Positions 1 through 9,455 of a stretch of 64,000 nt of DNA are shown piece by piece. How positions within the stretch are numbered: the stretch's first letter is position 1; the number at the start of each line of letters is the position of its first letter. Under the pieces are notes generated by a model, which was given only the letters and a program-made list of their open reading frames with translations, did not search any database and had not been told where the DNA came from. Source of the stretch: an uncultured Alphaproteobacteria bacterium (lineage in GTDB: Bacteria; Pseudomonadota; Alphaproteobacteria; HIMB59; GCA-002718135). The position numbers were made by a program, and so were the translations under genes. The stretch spans positions 56,335 to 120,334 of the forward strand of contig CACIXR010000001.1 of the NCBI GenBank assembly GCA_902590695.1, given 5' to 3'.

Positions 1-103
1 CTTTTTGCGCTCCTCAGCTTTCATTTTTAGCTTAAGCTCTTTTTGCATTTTTCGATCGCCCGCTTTAGATTTATGATTAAAGTGTATGCCCATATGAACC
101 CTG
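1..103 (-). CDS. hypothetical protein, N-terminal fragment (gene runs off the left edge)
   Basis: Reverse-strand ATG at 103..101 opens a frame reading MGIHFNHKSKAGDRKMQKELKLKMKAEERKK to the window edge. No family recognised. Confidence 0.3.
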
Positions 104-148
104 CGTACATATACTAAATATTATGAAATATTTCTAGACTCTAATTTG

Positions 149-343
149 CTAATTTCTAGCTAACCAAACAATTACAACAAAGACAAATATAGCTATTGCT
201 TGGAAAAGCACTCTTAAACGCATTAATTTATTACTATGATTTTTATTTAGTTTTCCATTTACTGCCATGGCAATAACACCAATTACTACTACAGCAAGTG
301 TTGCAGCCATAAACAACACTAATATTATTTGCATTGTGCTCAT
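149..343 (-). CDS. twin transmembrane helix small protein (HIG1-domain family)
   Basis: 64 aa with two hydrophobic helices joined by a basic loop. 'NKLMRLRVLFQ' matches the NKLMRxRVxxQ signature of bacterial HIG1-like proteins. Confidence 0.75.
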   Translation of the reverse strand: MSTMQIILVLFMAATLAVVVIGVIAMAVNGKLNKNHSNKLMRLRVLFQAIAIFVFVVIVWLARN

Positions 344-405
344 ATATTTATCTATATAAAACTTTTATTTTATGAAACAAGATGTCCTAAATAAAGCGTT
401 TGTTT

Positions 406-1080
406 ATGGTTGAAATTTTAAAAGGTCCATCACTTACTAAACACCAAAATCCAAAAAAATTGATGATTATGCTTCATGGATATGGAGATAACGCTACCAA
501 TTTCATTCAAATTGCAAATTTAATAGATCAAGATGACTTTGAGATGAAATTTGTTGCATTAAATGCACCAGATACAATTCAAGATTATCCTGTGGGGTAT
601 GAGTGGTTTCAGCTTTACCTAAATGGCACACATATTTCTGATGCTAGTGCAAAAGAATATGATGTAGCCAAAAAAAAAATATCTGAGAATGTAGAAAAAA
701 TTCATAACTCTATTTCTCTTTTATTAGAAAATTTAGATTTAGAAATGACCGATTGTTTTGTTATGGGTTTTTCTCAAGGAGGTATGATGGCTTTTGAACT
801 TGGGCAGATATTACAAAATCAGTTGGCAGGCTTAGCAATTATATCTTCAAGAATTATATCAAAAGAGCACAAGCCTAATAATGCATTTTTAAAAACACCA
901 ATTTTTATTTCTCATGGTGGCCATGACGCTGTTTTGCCTATTTCCAATTATAATGATTCAGTTCAAGTATTAAAAAATTACAATTACAATTTTGAAAATC
1001 ATCTTATTGAAAAAGATGAGCACACAATGTCACAAGAAACAATAACTTTATTCCAAAATTTTATTAAAAAAAATATTTAA
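406..1080 (+). CDS. alpha/beta hydrolase, phospholipase/carboxylesterase family
   Basis: Nucleophile elbow GFSQGG, with downstream HGGHD and a C-terminal His (DEHT) completing a Ser-Asp-His triad. Start placed at ATG 406 rather than the track's TTG 400. Confidence 0.75.
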   Translation: MVEILKGPSLTKHQNPKKLMIMLHGYGDNATNFIQIANLIDQDDFEMKFVALNAPDTIQDYPVGYEWFQLYLNGTHISDASAKEYDVAKKKISENVEKIHNSISLLLENLDLEMTDCFVMGFSQGGMMAFELGQILQNQLAGLAIISSRIISKEHKPNNAFLKTPIFISHGGHDAVLPISNYNDSVQVLKNYNYNFENHLIEKDEHTMSQETITLFQNFIKKNI

Positions 1081-1144
1081 AGTAATCGAATCTTCATATT
1101 ATATTACTATTTTAATAATATGACTTGGGTGAGTAGAAACTAAA

Positions 1145-1699
1145 ATGAGTACCGCAGAAAATCCAGCTTTGGTTCTTAATGCTGATTTTCGGCCACTATC
1201 TTATTACCCACTTTCTTTATGTTCATGGCAAGATGCCATCAAAGCCGTTTTTCTTGAAAGAGTTTCAGTAATCGAAAATTACGAGCATGAAGTTCATTCT
1301 CCAAATCTTACTTTTAAGTTACCAAGTGTAATAGCTTTAAAAGATTATGTTACTCCACAACGAAGACCTGCTTTTACACGTTTTAATGTTTTTTTGAGAG
1401 ATAATTTTACTTGTCAGTATTGTACCAATCGTTTTCCTGCAAACGAACTAACATTTGACCATCTAGTTCCTAAATGCCTGAATGGAAAAACTACTTGGGA
1501 AAATGTTGTCTCTGCGTGCACATCCTGTAATTTAAAAAAAGGAAGAAAACTTATACAGAATACAGATATGAAACTTTTTAAAAAACCTCTTCGACCATCA
1601 TCAATTCAATTACAAAATAATGGTAGGAATTTTCCTCCTAATTTTTTGCATGAGACTTGGAGAGACTATTTATATTGGGATACTGAATTAGAAAATTAA
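1145..1699 (+). CDS. HNH endonuclease domain protein
   Basis: CQYC...FDHLVPKCLNGKTTWENVVSACTSCNLKKG is an HNH/zinc-hook motif (H-N-N with two CxxC pairs). Confidence 0.8.
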   Translation: MSTAENPALVLNADFRPLSYYPLSLCSWQDAIKAVFLERVSVIENYEHEVHSPNLTFKLPSVIALKDYVTPQRRPAFTRFNVFLRDNFTCQYCTNRFPANELTFDHLVPKCLNGKTTWENVVSACTSCNLKKGRKLIQNTDMKLFKKPLRPSSIQLQNNGRNFPPNFLHETWRDYLYWDTELEN

Positions 1700-2265
1700 A
1701 TTTTTTTTGATATAGCGATTGCTGTTTTACATCCAAGTTCTATTACTTTTGACATAATTTTATATCCTGGCGCACTTTCTGCATCATGTTCTATTCCAAT
1801 ATCATGATGTTCAAGTTCATCATCTCGGAATTTGGAAATTGTTTTTTTTAAATCTTTATGATCATCTCCTAAGAGTTCTAATTGTTCTTGGTAATGTTCA
1901 CCGATTACTTTTTCAACAGCAACAGTACATGCCATGGCAGCTTTTTCACCCATTAAGGCAGTGGATGCGCCAAGCGCATAACCTGCAACATTCCATAAAG
2001 GAAGGAGAGCAGTTGGTCTAACTCTATATTCTAATATTAATTCATTAAATTTATCAATATGCTCTTGTTCTTGGTCAGCCATATGTTGAATTGTTTTTCC
2101 AAGTTTTGAGTTTTTCCCAAAAACTGCTATTTGCCCATCATATATTTTAGTTGCACCATATTCACCTGCATGATCGACTCTTATGATTTCTTCCAAAACC
2201 TCCCTATGAGTAGTTCTATTTGACAAGGATTTTTTTTTAGACGCTTTTTTCTTTTTTAATGCCAT
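1696..2265 (-). CDS. coq7: demethoxyubiquinone hydroxylase (Coq7 family)
   Basis: 'RVDHAGEYGA' plus two di-iron ExxH motifs (EQEH, ELEH), typical of Coq7. Convergent stop overlap TTAA with the HNH gene. Confidence 0.85.
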   Translation of the reverse strand: MALKKKKASKKKSLSNRTTHREVLEEIIRVDHAGEYGATKIYDGQIAVFGKNSKLGKTIQHMADQEQEHIDKFNELILEYRVRPTALLPLWNVAGYALGASTALMGEKAAMACTVAVEKVIGEHYQEQLELLGDDHKDLKKTISKFRDDELEHHDIGIEHDAESAPGYKIMSKVIELGCKTAIAISKKI

Positions 2266-2731
2266 AGTACCTAATTAAATAAATAGCATTTAAAATAAAA
2301 ATAACTAGTAAAACAAGCGTATTAATTGAAGCAGCAGAAATTCCAAAAAAACTCCATATAACCTCATCACAACTAATTACCTGCTTTGATAATATCTGAG
2401 ATTTAAGGTCTGTAGTATTTTCACTTTTTGTTAGCATTGCTGAACAACCTGCTGGTCCTTTAAAAATTTTATTTTCAACTCCTACGTGCCATATAGAATA
2501 AAAAAGCCCGTAAACTGATGCAAATTGAATTACTAAATAAAGCCAAATTTTATTTAAATTTTTGAATAAAAATATCAAAATTAAACATATTAAAATTAAA
2601 TAATACGGATGTCTTTGCTTTAAGCACAATTCACATGGCTGAAGATTAAAAAAATATTCTGCAATTAACGCTGATGATATCGAAATAAGCGAAATAAAAA
2701 ATAAAAGTGTTATCCAATTACGAATTATCAT
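2237..2731 (-). CDS. dsbB: disulfide bond formation protein B family
   Basis: Four-helix membrane protein with CELC (CxxC) in the first loop and a second Cys pair (GCSAM...VISC). Confidence 0.7.
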   Translation of the reverse strand: MIIRNWITLLFFISLISISSALIAEYFFNLQPCELCLKQRHPYYLILICLILIFLFKNLNKIWLYLVIQFASVYGLFYSIWHVGVENKIFKGPAGCSAMLTKSENTTDLKSQILSKQVISCDEVIWSFFGISAASINTLVLLVIFILNAIYLIRYYGIKKEKSV

Positions 2732-3312
2732 AAAAATCTAATTATAAAAACACTTCCAACAAGTAACATAAAAAACACAATGGTTAAAAAATTAAAATAT
2801 TTGTCAATAATTAACTTAATTTTTTCACCAAAAAAATAAAGAAGTATTGCTATCAAATAAAATCTTAATCCTCGACCAATAATAGAAACAATAATAAACA
2901 AAAAAATATTTAATCCAAATACACCGCTTGCAATAGTAATAAACTTATAAGGAAATGGAGTTATTCCTGCACCAAGAACAATCAATATACCAAATTCTTT
3001 GTAATAACTTTCAAAAATATTAAAAGAATTTTCTAAATGATAAAAGTCTACAATGTAAAAACCTACTGAATTATAAAAAAAATACCCTATTGCATATCCT
3101 AGTATTCCACCAAGTACTGAAAAGAGTGTACATATAAATGCATAAAATAGAGCATTAGCTTTGGAAGCTAACGCCATTGGTATAAGCAGTATATCTGGTG
3201 GAATTGGAAAAAATGAGCTTTCTGCAAATGATATTAAACTTAAATACCACTTTGCATTTTTATGTTGTGCTTTTTCTAAAGTCCAATTGTAAGTTCTTTT
3301 AAGAAAATTCAT
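2728..3312 (-). CDS. DedA/YqaA-family membrane protein
   Basis: 194-aa polytopic membrane protein. 'SFFPIPPD' and the GxxxG-rich layout are typical of the SNARE-associated/DedA family. Confidence 0.65.
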   Translation of the reverse strand: MNFLKRTYNWTLEKAQHKNAKWYLSLISFAESSFFPIPPDILLIPMALASKANALFYAFICTLFSVLGGILGYAIGYFFYNSVGFYIVDFYHLENSFNIFESYYKEFGILIVLGAGITPFPYKFITIASGVFGLNIFLFIIVSIIGRGLRFYLIAILLYFFGEKIKLIIDKYFNFLTIVFFMLLVGSVFIIRFL

Positions 3313-3384
3313 TTAATTTTTTTTTATAATTTTGATTTATACTATTAATGATTTTAAATCTAAATTATCATAAATATTACTTAA

Positions 3385-4581
3385 ATGGAAAATATAGAGA
3401 CTAAAGAATTAAAAACTGCATTTTATGCAACCTTTTCACAAGGGTTCTTTGCAACATTAACCTTCAGTATGTTTATGGTAAATTCACCAATCCTTTTTGA
3501 TTTGATTGATATGACAAAAATAGAATTTTCTATAGGATTTATTATTTTTGGTATTTGTAATGTAATTACAAACCAACTTACAACCCGTTTTTTGCTTCCA
3601 AAAATAGGAAGTACAAATTGTTTAATAATTGCAAGATTATTATACGCATTTATTCCATTTTCTATTTTTTACTTCTCTTCTTATAATTTTTTTATTTTTG
3701 TATCTATGTTGTGGGGTATTTCTATTGGCATACAAGCACCAAATATTTTTACACAAGTTGCGATAATAGAAGAGAAAACAAAAAAAATCCTTAATCCAAT
3801 ATTTAAATCATCCTTTAATTTTGGTTTTCTTCTTGGGGCAGGAATATCTAGTTTATGTCTTGGTTTAGAAATTGATCCTGTCTTTACTACTTTTGTTGTG
3901 GGTTTGTTTGTTTTTATATCAACTTTGACTATGTATTTCTTTGGATTGAATATGAAATATGATGTTGTTAATAAGGATCCAAGATTTTCAATTCCAAATT
4001 ATAAAATTATCATGTTCGCATCAATTAACATGTGTATTATCGCATTTATGGGAATAATAATTCAATGGTCACCTTTATGGCTCGTTACTGATCTTTCTGC
4101 GCCAATTTTTTTAGTAGGTTCTATAGTTATTTTTTTTAATTTAGGTGAGATCATAAGTAATATGTTTGCGTCAAAATTAATTACAAAACTTGGTGAAGTA
4201 ATTGTAGGTCCATGTTTTGCAATGGTTGGATCCACAATATTAGTATTAAGTATTTTTTCTCAAAATATAATTATTATTTTTATAGCAATAACACTTTTTG
4301 GAATGTTAATTTCGAACGTTATGCCAATAGTATTTAGACAGGCAGTAAAAAATTCTCAAAATCCAATTCCAGTTACTATTTCTCATGTATCAAGTATTGC
4401 TTTTGTCGGAGCTATATTTGGACCTGCTGTAGTTGGAATTTCAGCTGAAACTTTTGGTTTAACATTTAATATGTATGCATTAGGCGTAATTATGTTTTTG
4501 ATTGCTTTACTAATGTTTTTTATAATGCGTGAAGATAAATTGGTAGGAGTAGAGGGAATCGAACCCACACCACCGAAGTGA
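3385..4581 (+). CDS. MFS-type transporter
   Basis: 398 aa with about 12 hydrophobic segments in a 6+6 arrangement and a central loop. The last 41 nt run antisense through tRNA-Leu. Confidence 0.65.
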   Translation: MENIETKELKTAFYATFSQGFFATLTFSMFMVNSPILFDLIDMTKIEFSIGFIIFGICNVITNQLTTRFLLPKIGSTNCLIIARLLYAFIPFSIFYFSSYNFFIFVSMLWGISIGIQAPNIFTQVAIIEEKTKKILNPIFKSSFNFGFLLGAGISSLCLGLEIDPVFTTFVVGLFVFISTLTMYFFGLNMKYDVVNKDPRFSIPNYKIIMFASINMCIIAFMGIIIQWSPLWLVTDLSAPIFLVGSIVIFFNLGEIISNMFASKLITKLGEVIVGPCFAMVGSTILVLSIFSQNIIIIFIAITLFGMLISNVMPIVFRQAVKNSQNPIPVTISHVSSIAFVGAIFGPAVVGISAETFGLTFNMYALGVIMFLIALLMFFIMREDKLVGVEGIEPTPPK

Positions 4582-4625
4582 CCGGATTTTGAATCCGGCG
4601 CGTCTACCAGTTCCGCCATACTCCC
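4541..4625 (-). tRNA. tRNA-Leu (anticodon CAA), class II with long variable arm, CCA encoded
   Basis: The reverse complement reads GGGAGTA-TG-GCGGAACTGGTAGACGC-G-CCGGA-TTCAAAA-TCCGG-TCACTTCGGTGGT-GTGGGTTCGATTCCCTC-TACTCCT-A-CCA. This gives the acceptor stem, D arm, anticodon loop with CAA at positions 34-36, a variable hairpin and the TTCGATT T-loop. One T:T mismatch in the T stem. Confidence 0.88.
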
Positions 4626-4695
4626 TTGGTTAAGGTTTACTCTGGTTTTAATTATTAGTCTATTAGTTTTAATGATTTATTTATTTTTATTACGA

Positions 4696-5298
4696 TTATC
4701 TCTTTAGATTAAATTTTGAAGAAATAGTTGTGTACTCACTATATCCCATTCTTGCTATATATCTCATTGCAACACTATCAACTCTTTTATTCTTAATAAA
4801 TTTATTATTTATAAAAATTCCAATTACTTCACCAATAATCATTGTAGAGATTTTTTTTGAATTTGATTTTAATTTAATTGTTTTAACTAATTTACATTCT
4901 AAATTGACAGGACTATCTTTAACTGATGGAGCTTTAACAAGTCTTGATTTTTTCTTTTTTAAATTTGATAAAATAAATTCATCTTCATCTGGTTTGAAAT
5001 CCCTGGAAGATATATTCATTTGATTTCGTGAAGTTGAGGTTGCAAAATTTACAACAAATTCTTTTGTAGTTAAAATATTGGATAATGAATCCTTATATTT
5101 TCTATGCGTTGAACTACCATTTGAACAAAACATAACCTGTGGAGGCTCATCAGCCACAGCGTTAAAATATGAATATGGTGCTAAGTTTGCTACTCCATTT
5201 TTACTAATTGAAGAAATCCATCCGATAGGTCTGGGAAAAACTAGTGACTTATATGGATCTATTTTAAAAGGACTTCCCTTTTTTGGCTCATAAAACAT
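4696..5298 (-). CDS. flavin reductase-like FMN-binding domain protein
   Basis: 'PRPIGWISSISKNGVANLAPYSYFNAV' is typical of the flavin reductase-like domain family. Confidence 0.75.
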   Translation of the reverse strand: MFYEPKKGSPFKIDPYKSLVFPRPIGWISSISKNGVANLAPYSYFNAVADEPPQVMFCSNGSSTHRKYKDSLSNILTTKEFVVNFATSTSRNQMNISSRDFKPDEDEFILSNLKKKKSRLVKAPSVKDSPVNLECKLVKTIKLKSNSKKISTMIIGEVIGIFINNKFIKNKRVDSVAMRYIARMGYSEYTTISSKFNLKR

Positions 5299-5306
5299 TA
5301 TCTATT

Positions 5307-5720
5307 TTATAAATAAGAATTTGCGTACTCTTTTATTTTTTTAAGCATTGAATAAACCCCATTTCTTCTCCCTGGAGTTAAAAGAGTATCAAGCTCTAAA
5401 CTATTTAGCATACTAAAATCAGAATTTATAATTTCAGAGGGATTTCTGTCACTATAAATATCACATAGAATTGTTACCATACCCTTTGATATAAATGCAT
5501 CTGAGTCGTAATAAAATGAAAGTTTATTTTCTTTTAATTGAGGAACCAACCAAACTTGTGCCTGACATCCAGAAACTTTGAACGAGTCATTTCTATATTC
5601 TTCGGGAAAATTTTTTGCGTTTTTCGCCTGATCAATTAAAAACTTATACTTATCCATTCCGTCATCGAATAGATCCAGGCTCTCTTTGTAATAATTTATT
5701 TTTTCTTCTATTGTTTTCAT
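5307..5720 (-). CDS. sufE: SufE-like sulfur acceptor protein
   Basis: 137 aa with the 'SGCQAQVWL' active-site cysteine motif of the SufE/CsdE family. Confidence 0.8.
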   Translation of the reverse strand: MKTIEEKINYYKESLDLFDDGMDKYKFLIDQAKNAKNFPEEYRNDSFKVSGCQAQVWLVPQLKENKLSFYYDSDAFISKGMVTILCDIYSDRNPSEIINSDFSMLNSLELDTLLTPGRRNGVYSMLKKIKEYANSYL

Positions 5721-6766
5721 GACATAAATTTTCTTAATACTTTAGCAGAATCTTCTGGCAATACATCCATAATAAAAACACCAGCCATTGACTCAGAGCC
5801 TGCTAAAACTTTTGGTTTATCTCCATGTCGTAAAGGTGGATAAAATTCAACGTGAAAATGAAACTGATTATCATTTAATTCAGGGGAAGCATGTAAACCC
5901 ATTATATATGGGCATCTTTTATTTAGAAAAATATCATACCCTTTCACAACCTGCTGAATACATTTAGAAAAATCTTCAATTTGTTTATCATTAAATTTCC
6001 AAGGTCCTTCAATTTGAATTTTTGGTATTATCCATATCTCATAAGCATATCTAGCAAAGGGTGGTACAGCAGCAATAAAATTATCATTTTGATACACATA
6101 ATATTTCTCCTCCAGTTCCTTCATAATTTTTATTAAAAAGTTCTCTTTTTTAAATGCCCTTATCTCTTTTTCAATTGCAGGAGGGATAAAAGGATAAGCA
6201 TAAATTTGACCATGTGGATGATGAAGAGTAACACCACATTCTTCCCCTCTATTTTCAAAAGGTAAAACATATTTAACATCAGGTTTTTTTTGCAACTCCT
6301 TATATCTATCAATCCAAACTTTAGTTAATAATTCTATTCGCTCCAAAGGCATTTCAGAAATAGTATCAAGATGTGCTGGAGAATATACAACTACTTCACA
6401 CTCTCCTTTTGAGGGTTTACTTAAAATTTTTTCTAAAAATATATTTTCTCCATTTGGATTAAAGCTAGCCCAACGATTTGGAAAGACTGCAACTTCGAAG
6501 TTTGAAAAAGGTATTTCTGTTGGATAATTTAAATTTGCCCCTGGACAAAGTGGGCAATATTTTTTTGGCGGAAATGATGTTCTATTTTTTCTTCCTGCTG
6601 AGTAGGTAACCCATTCTTCTCTTGAAGGATTCCATCTCATATGAGGTTTGGGAATTTCTGTTACCTCAAGTTCTTGGCTTGGGGACTCTTTATGTTCCTT
6701 ATAGCCATAAAGATAAAGTTCTTTTTTATCATTTCTTATAAAAATTCTTTTATGTATTTGATTCAT
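5717..6766 (-). CDS. galT: galactose-1-phosphate uridylyltransferase
   Basis: HPHGQ (HxHxQ) active site, CPLCPG zinc site, 349 aa. Overlaps both neighbours. Confidence 0.85.
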   Translation of the reverse strand: MNQIHKRIFIRNDKKELYLYGYKEHKESPSQELEVTEIPKPHMRWNPSREEWVTYSAGRKNRTSFPPKKYCPLCPGANLNYPTEIPFSNFEVAVFPNRWASFNPNGENIFLEKILSKPSKGECEVVVYSPAHLDTISEMPLERIELLTKVWIDRYKELQKKPDVKYVLPFENRGEECGVTLHHPHGQIYAYPFIPPAIEKEIRAFKKENFLIKIMKELEEKYYVYQNDNFIAAVPPFARYAYEIWIIPKIQIEGPWKFNDKQIEDFSKCIQQVVKGYDIFLNKRCPYIMGLHASPELNDNQFHFHVEFYPPLRHGDKPKVLAGSESMAGVFIMDVLPEDSAKVLRKFMS

Positions 6767-7733
6767 TAATTTTTTCTTCCCATTTAATTGAAGAATTTAT
6801 AATTTCACTTAGATCATTATATTTTGGCTTCCAATCAATATGTTTTAATATTTTTGATGTATCTGCAATTAATTGTTCAACATCCCCTTCTCTTCTATTT
6901 GAAAATTTGTAATCAATTTTATCTCCTGAAATTTTATTTGCAGTATTTATTACATCTAAAACACTAAAACCATTTCCATAACCACAATTAAACAAGTTAG
7001 ATTCTGAATTTTCTATTAAATATTTTGCTACTTCTAAGTGGATATCTGCAAGGTCGGAGACATGAATAAAATCTCTGATAGCTGTTCCATCAGCCGTATT
7101 ATAATCATTACCAAATATTTCAATATGATCTCTTTTACCTACAACTACTTCAGATAAAATTTTAATTAAATGTGTTGATCTTTTAGATATTTGACCTGAT
7201 CTTAATTTTTTATCAGCTCCAGCAACATTAAAGTATCGCAATATTATAAATTTGTAGTCATGTTTATTTTCAAATAAAAAATTTTCTGTTTTTATTTTAG
7301 ATTCAGCATATGGATTTTGAGGATTTAAATTTGTATTTTCATCTATTAATTTATTTTCACTTGCCCACCCGTATGCAGCAGCTGTCGAAGAAAATACTAT
7401 TTTATTTAATCCATTGTTTTTACAAGTTTCAAATAGTTTAGTTGCATTTTCAGTATTATTGTCAAAATATTTTTGAGGATATTTCACTGATTCCTCAACT
7501 TGAATAAAACCAGCAAAATGCATTAAAACATCAAATTTGTTTAATTGTATAAGCTTCGAAATTACTTCTTCATTATTAATATTACATTTTGTAAATAATG
7601 CATTTTTAGGAATAAGACTTTCGTTTCCAGTAGATAAATCATCAATAATATGAACACTATGACCAGCATCTAGAAGAGAAAGAGCGGCATGACTTCCGAT
7701 ATATCCTGCGCCACCCGTTAAAAGAAAATTCAT
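6750..7733 (-). CDS. galE: UDP-glucose 4-epimerase
   Basis: N-terminal GGAGYIGSH Rossmann motif, YAESK (YxxxK) catalytic motif, 327 aa. In an operon with galT. Confidence 0.9.
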   Translation of the reverse strand: MNFLLTGGAGYIGSHAALSLLDAGHSVHIIDDLSTGNESLIPKNALFTKCNINNEEVISKLIQLNKFDVLMHFAGFIQVEESVKYPQKYFDNNTENATKLFETCKNNGLNKIVFSSTAAAYGWASENKLIDENTNLNPQNPYAESKIKTENFLFENKHDYKFIILRYFNVAGADKKLRSGQISKRSTHLIKILSEVVVGKRDHIEIFGNDYNTADGTAIRDFIHVSDLADIHLEVAKYLIENSESNLFNCGYGNGFSVLDVINTANKISGDKIDYKFSNRREGDVEQLIADTSKILKHIDWKPKYNDLSEIINSSIKWEEKINESNT

Positions 7734-7869
7734 ATTAGTATCTAATAAATTATTATTAATTAATTTAAAATTGATATATTTTATAAATGACTAATATTAT
7801 GAGCCTCTTTATTTATTGAATTCAAAATAAAGTCTGTTAATGCTAAAAATAGACATATTGTGCTAACAT

Positions 7870-8607
7870 ATGAGATTAAATAAAAAAAATATTATAGTTA
7901 CTGCAGCTGCACAAGGTATTGGAAGAGCAACCGCCCTTAAATTCGCAAATGAAGGGGCTAAAGTTTTAGCAACTGATATTAATGAAGATAAGCTAAATGA
8001 TTTAAAAAAAGATAATGACAGTATCCAAACTATGAAATTGGATTCAACAAACAAAAAAGATGTAGAGGCCTTTTGTTCTTCTGTAGACAAGATAGATGTT
8101 TTATTTCACGCAGTAGGTTTTGTACATCACGGAACAATTCTTGATTGTGATGAAGATGAATTTTCACGATCAATCAATGTTAATATATTTTCTGCATATT
8201 TAATGACATACAATCTTTTACCGAAAATGTTAAAAGAAAAAAAAGGTAATATCGTTATTGTTTCTTCTGCTGCATCTAATGTTAAAGGTGTGCCTAATAG
8301 GTTTATCTATGGAACTACAAAAGCAGCATTAAATGGTTTTGTAAAAGCCATAGCTATTGATCATATTAAAGATGGAATTCGCTGTAACGCTATTTTACCA
8401 GGAACTGTTGAAACACCTTCTTGGGAGGGTAGAGTTAATATGGCCGATGATCCTGTTAAAGCAAGATCAGACTTTATAGCAAGACAGGCAATGGGAAGAT
8501 TAGCACAACCAGAAGAAATAGCATCTCTTGCAACTTATTTAGCAAGCGATGAATCAGACTTTGTTACTGGAACATTAAACTTAATTGATGGAGGGTGGAC
8601 TTTATAA
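7870..8607 (+). CDS. short-chain dehydrogenase/reductase; candidate 2-keto-3-deoxy-L-fuconate/rhamnonate 4-dehydrogenase
   Basis: TAAAQGIG cofactor motif and YGTTK (YxxxK) catalytic motif. The specific role is inferred only from coupling to the downstream FAH-family hydrolase. Confidence 0.85.
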   Translation: MRLNKKNIIVTAAAQGIGRATALKFANEGAKVLATDINEDKLNDLKKDNDSIQTMKLDSTNKKDVEAFCSSVDKIDVLFHAVGFVHHGTILDCDEDEFSRSINVNIFSAYLMTYNLLPKMLKEKKGNIVIVSSAASNVKGVPNRFIYGTTKAALNGFVKAIAIDHIKDGIRCNAILPGTVETPSWEGRVNMADDPVKARSDFIARQAMGRLAQPEEIASLATYLASDESDFVTGTLNLIDGGWTL

Positions 8608-9455
8608 TGAAAACTTTAAGATACAGAATTGGAAATGAAGTTAAACCAGGAATACTTGATCAAGAAGGAAATATTCGAGATGTATCATCTCTAGTTAAGG
8701 ATTGGGATAATAAAAATGTAACTATTAGCAAATTGAATGAAGTGAAAAAAATTGATCCTACATCTTTACCTCTAGTTGAAAACAGTAATGGATATGCACC
8801 TTGTGTTTGTAAAGAAAGTATTGGAAAATTTATTTGTATCGGCCTCAATTATTCTGATCATGCTGAAGAAACAGGTCAGAAAGTTCCACCTGAACCAATT
8901 ATTTTTGCAAAAGCAACAAGTGCCGTTATTGGACCAAACGATAATGTTGAGATTCCAAAAAAATCAGTAAAGTCTGACTGGGAAGTTGAACTTGGTGTTA
9001 TTATTGGAAAAGAAGCAAAGTATATTTCTGAGAACGAATCACAATCACATATTGCCGGTTACTGTGTTATCAATGATCTAAGTGAAAGAGAATTTCAAAT
9101 AGAACATTCTGGTCAATGGGTTAAAGGTAAGTCTTGTGACACCTTTGGTCCAATTGGACCATATTTGGTTACTACTGATGAAGTACCAGATCCTCAAAAC
9201 TTAAAAATGTGGCTGGATGTAAATGGTAAAAGAATGCAAGATGGATCTACTAGTACGATGGTTTACGGTGTAAATTTTTTAATCAGCTATCTAAGTCAGT
9301 TTATGTCATTGCAACCAGGTGATATTATTTCGACCGGGACACCCCCTGGAGTTGGAATGGGAATGAACCCACAAGTTTTTTTAAAAGCAGGTGATGTTAT
9401 GAAGCTTGGTATTGAAGGTTTAGGAGAACAAACTCAAAAAACTATTCAAGCCTAA
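8607..9455 (+). CDS. fumarylacetoacetate hydrolase (FAH) family protein; candidate 2,4-diketo-3-deoxy-L-fuconate/rhamnonate hydrolase
   Basis: FAH C-terminal domain motifs CIGLNYSDHAEE, WEVELGVIIGK and GDIISTGTPPGVG. ATG 8607 overlaps the SDR stop (TAATG) and has GGAGGG upstream. Confidence 0.85.
   Translation: MKTLRYRIGNEVKPGILDQEGNIRDVSSLVKDWDNKNVTISKLNEVKKIDPTSLPLVENSNGYAPCVCKESIGKFICIGLNYSDHAEETGQKVPPEPIIFAKATSAVIGPNDNVEIPKKSVKSDWEVELGVIIGKEAKYISENESQSHIAGYCVINDLSEREFQIEHSGQWVKGKSCDTFGPIGPYLVTTDEVPDPQNLKMWLDVNGKRMQDGSTSTMVYGVNFLISYLSQFMSLQPGDIISTGTPPGVGMGMNPQVFLKAGDVMKLGIEGLGEQTQKTIQA

Noticed and set aside
1145-1699. HNH endonuclease as a sign of a mobile element or defence system
   Set aside because: It is a stand-alone small HNH protein wedged between housekeeping genes, with overlapping stops. 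It has no partner methylase, no ATPase, no terminase or intron context and no flanking repeats. Similar solitary HNH genes are conserved in alphaproteobacterial cores.
4383-4619. 78-aa minus-strand ORF beginning MAELVDAPDSKSG
   Set aside because: The N-terminus is the well-known spurious translation of a tRNA-Leu gene. The region is explained by tRNA-Leu(CAA) and the antisense MFS gene.
4541-4625. tRNA-Leu as an integration site for a genomic island
   Set aside because: There is no integrase, no duplicated tRNA 3' fragment that I could see, and no phage or plasmid genes on either side. The neighbouring genes are ordinary metabolic and transport genes.
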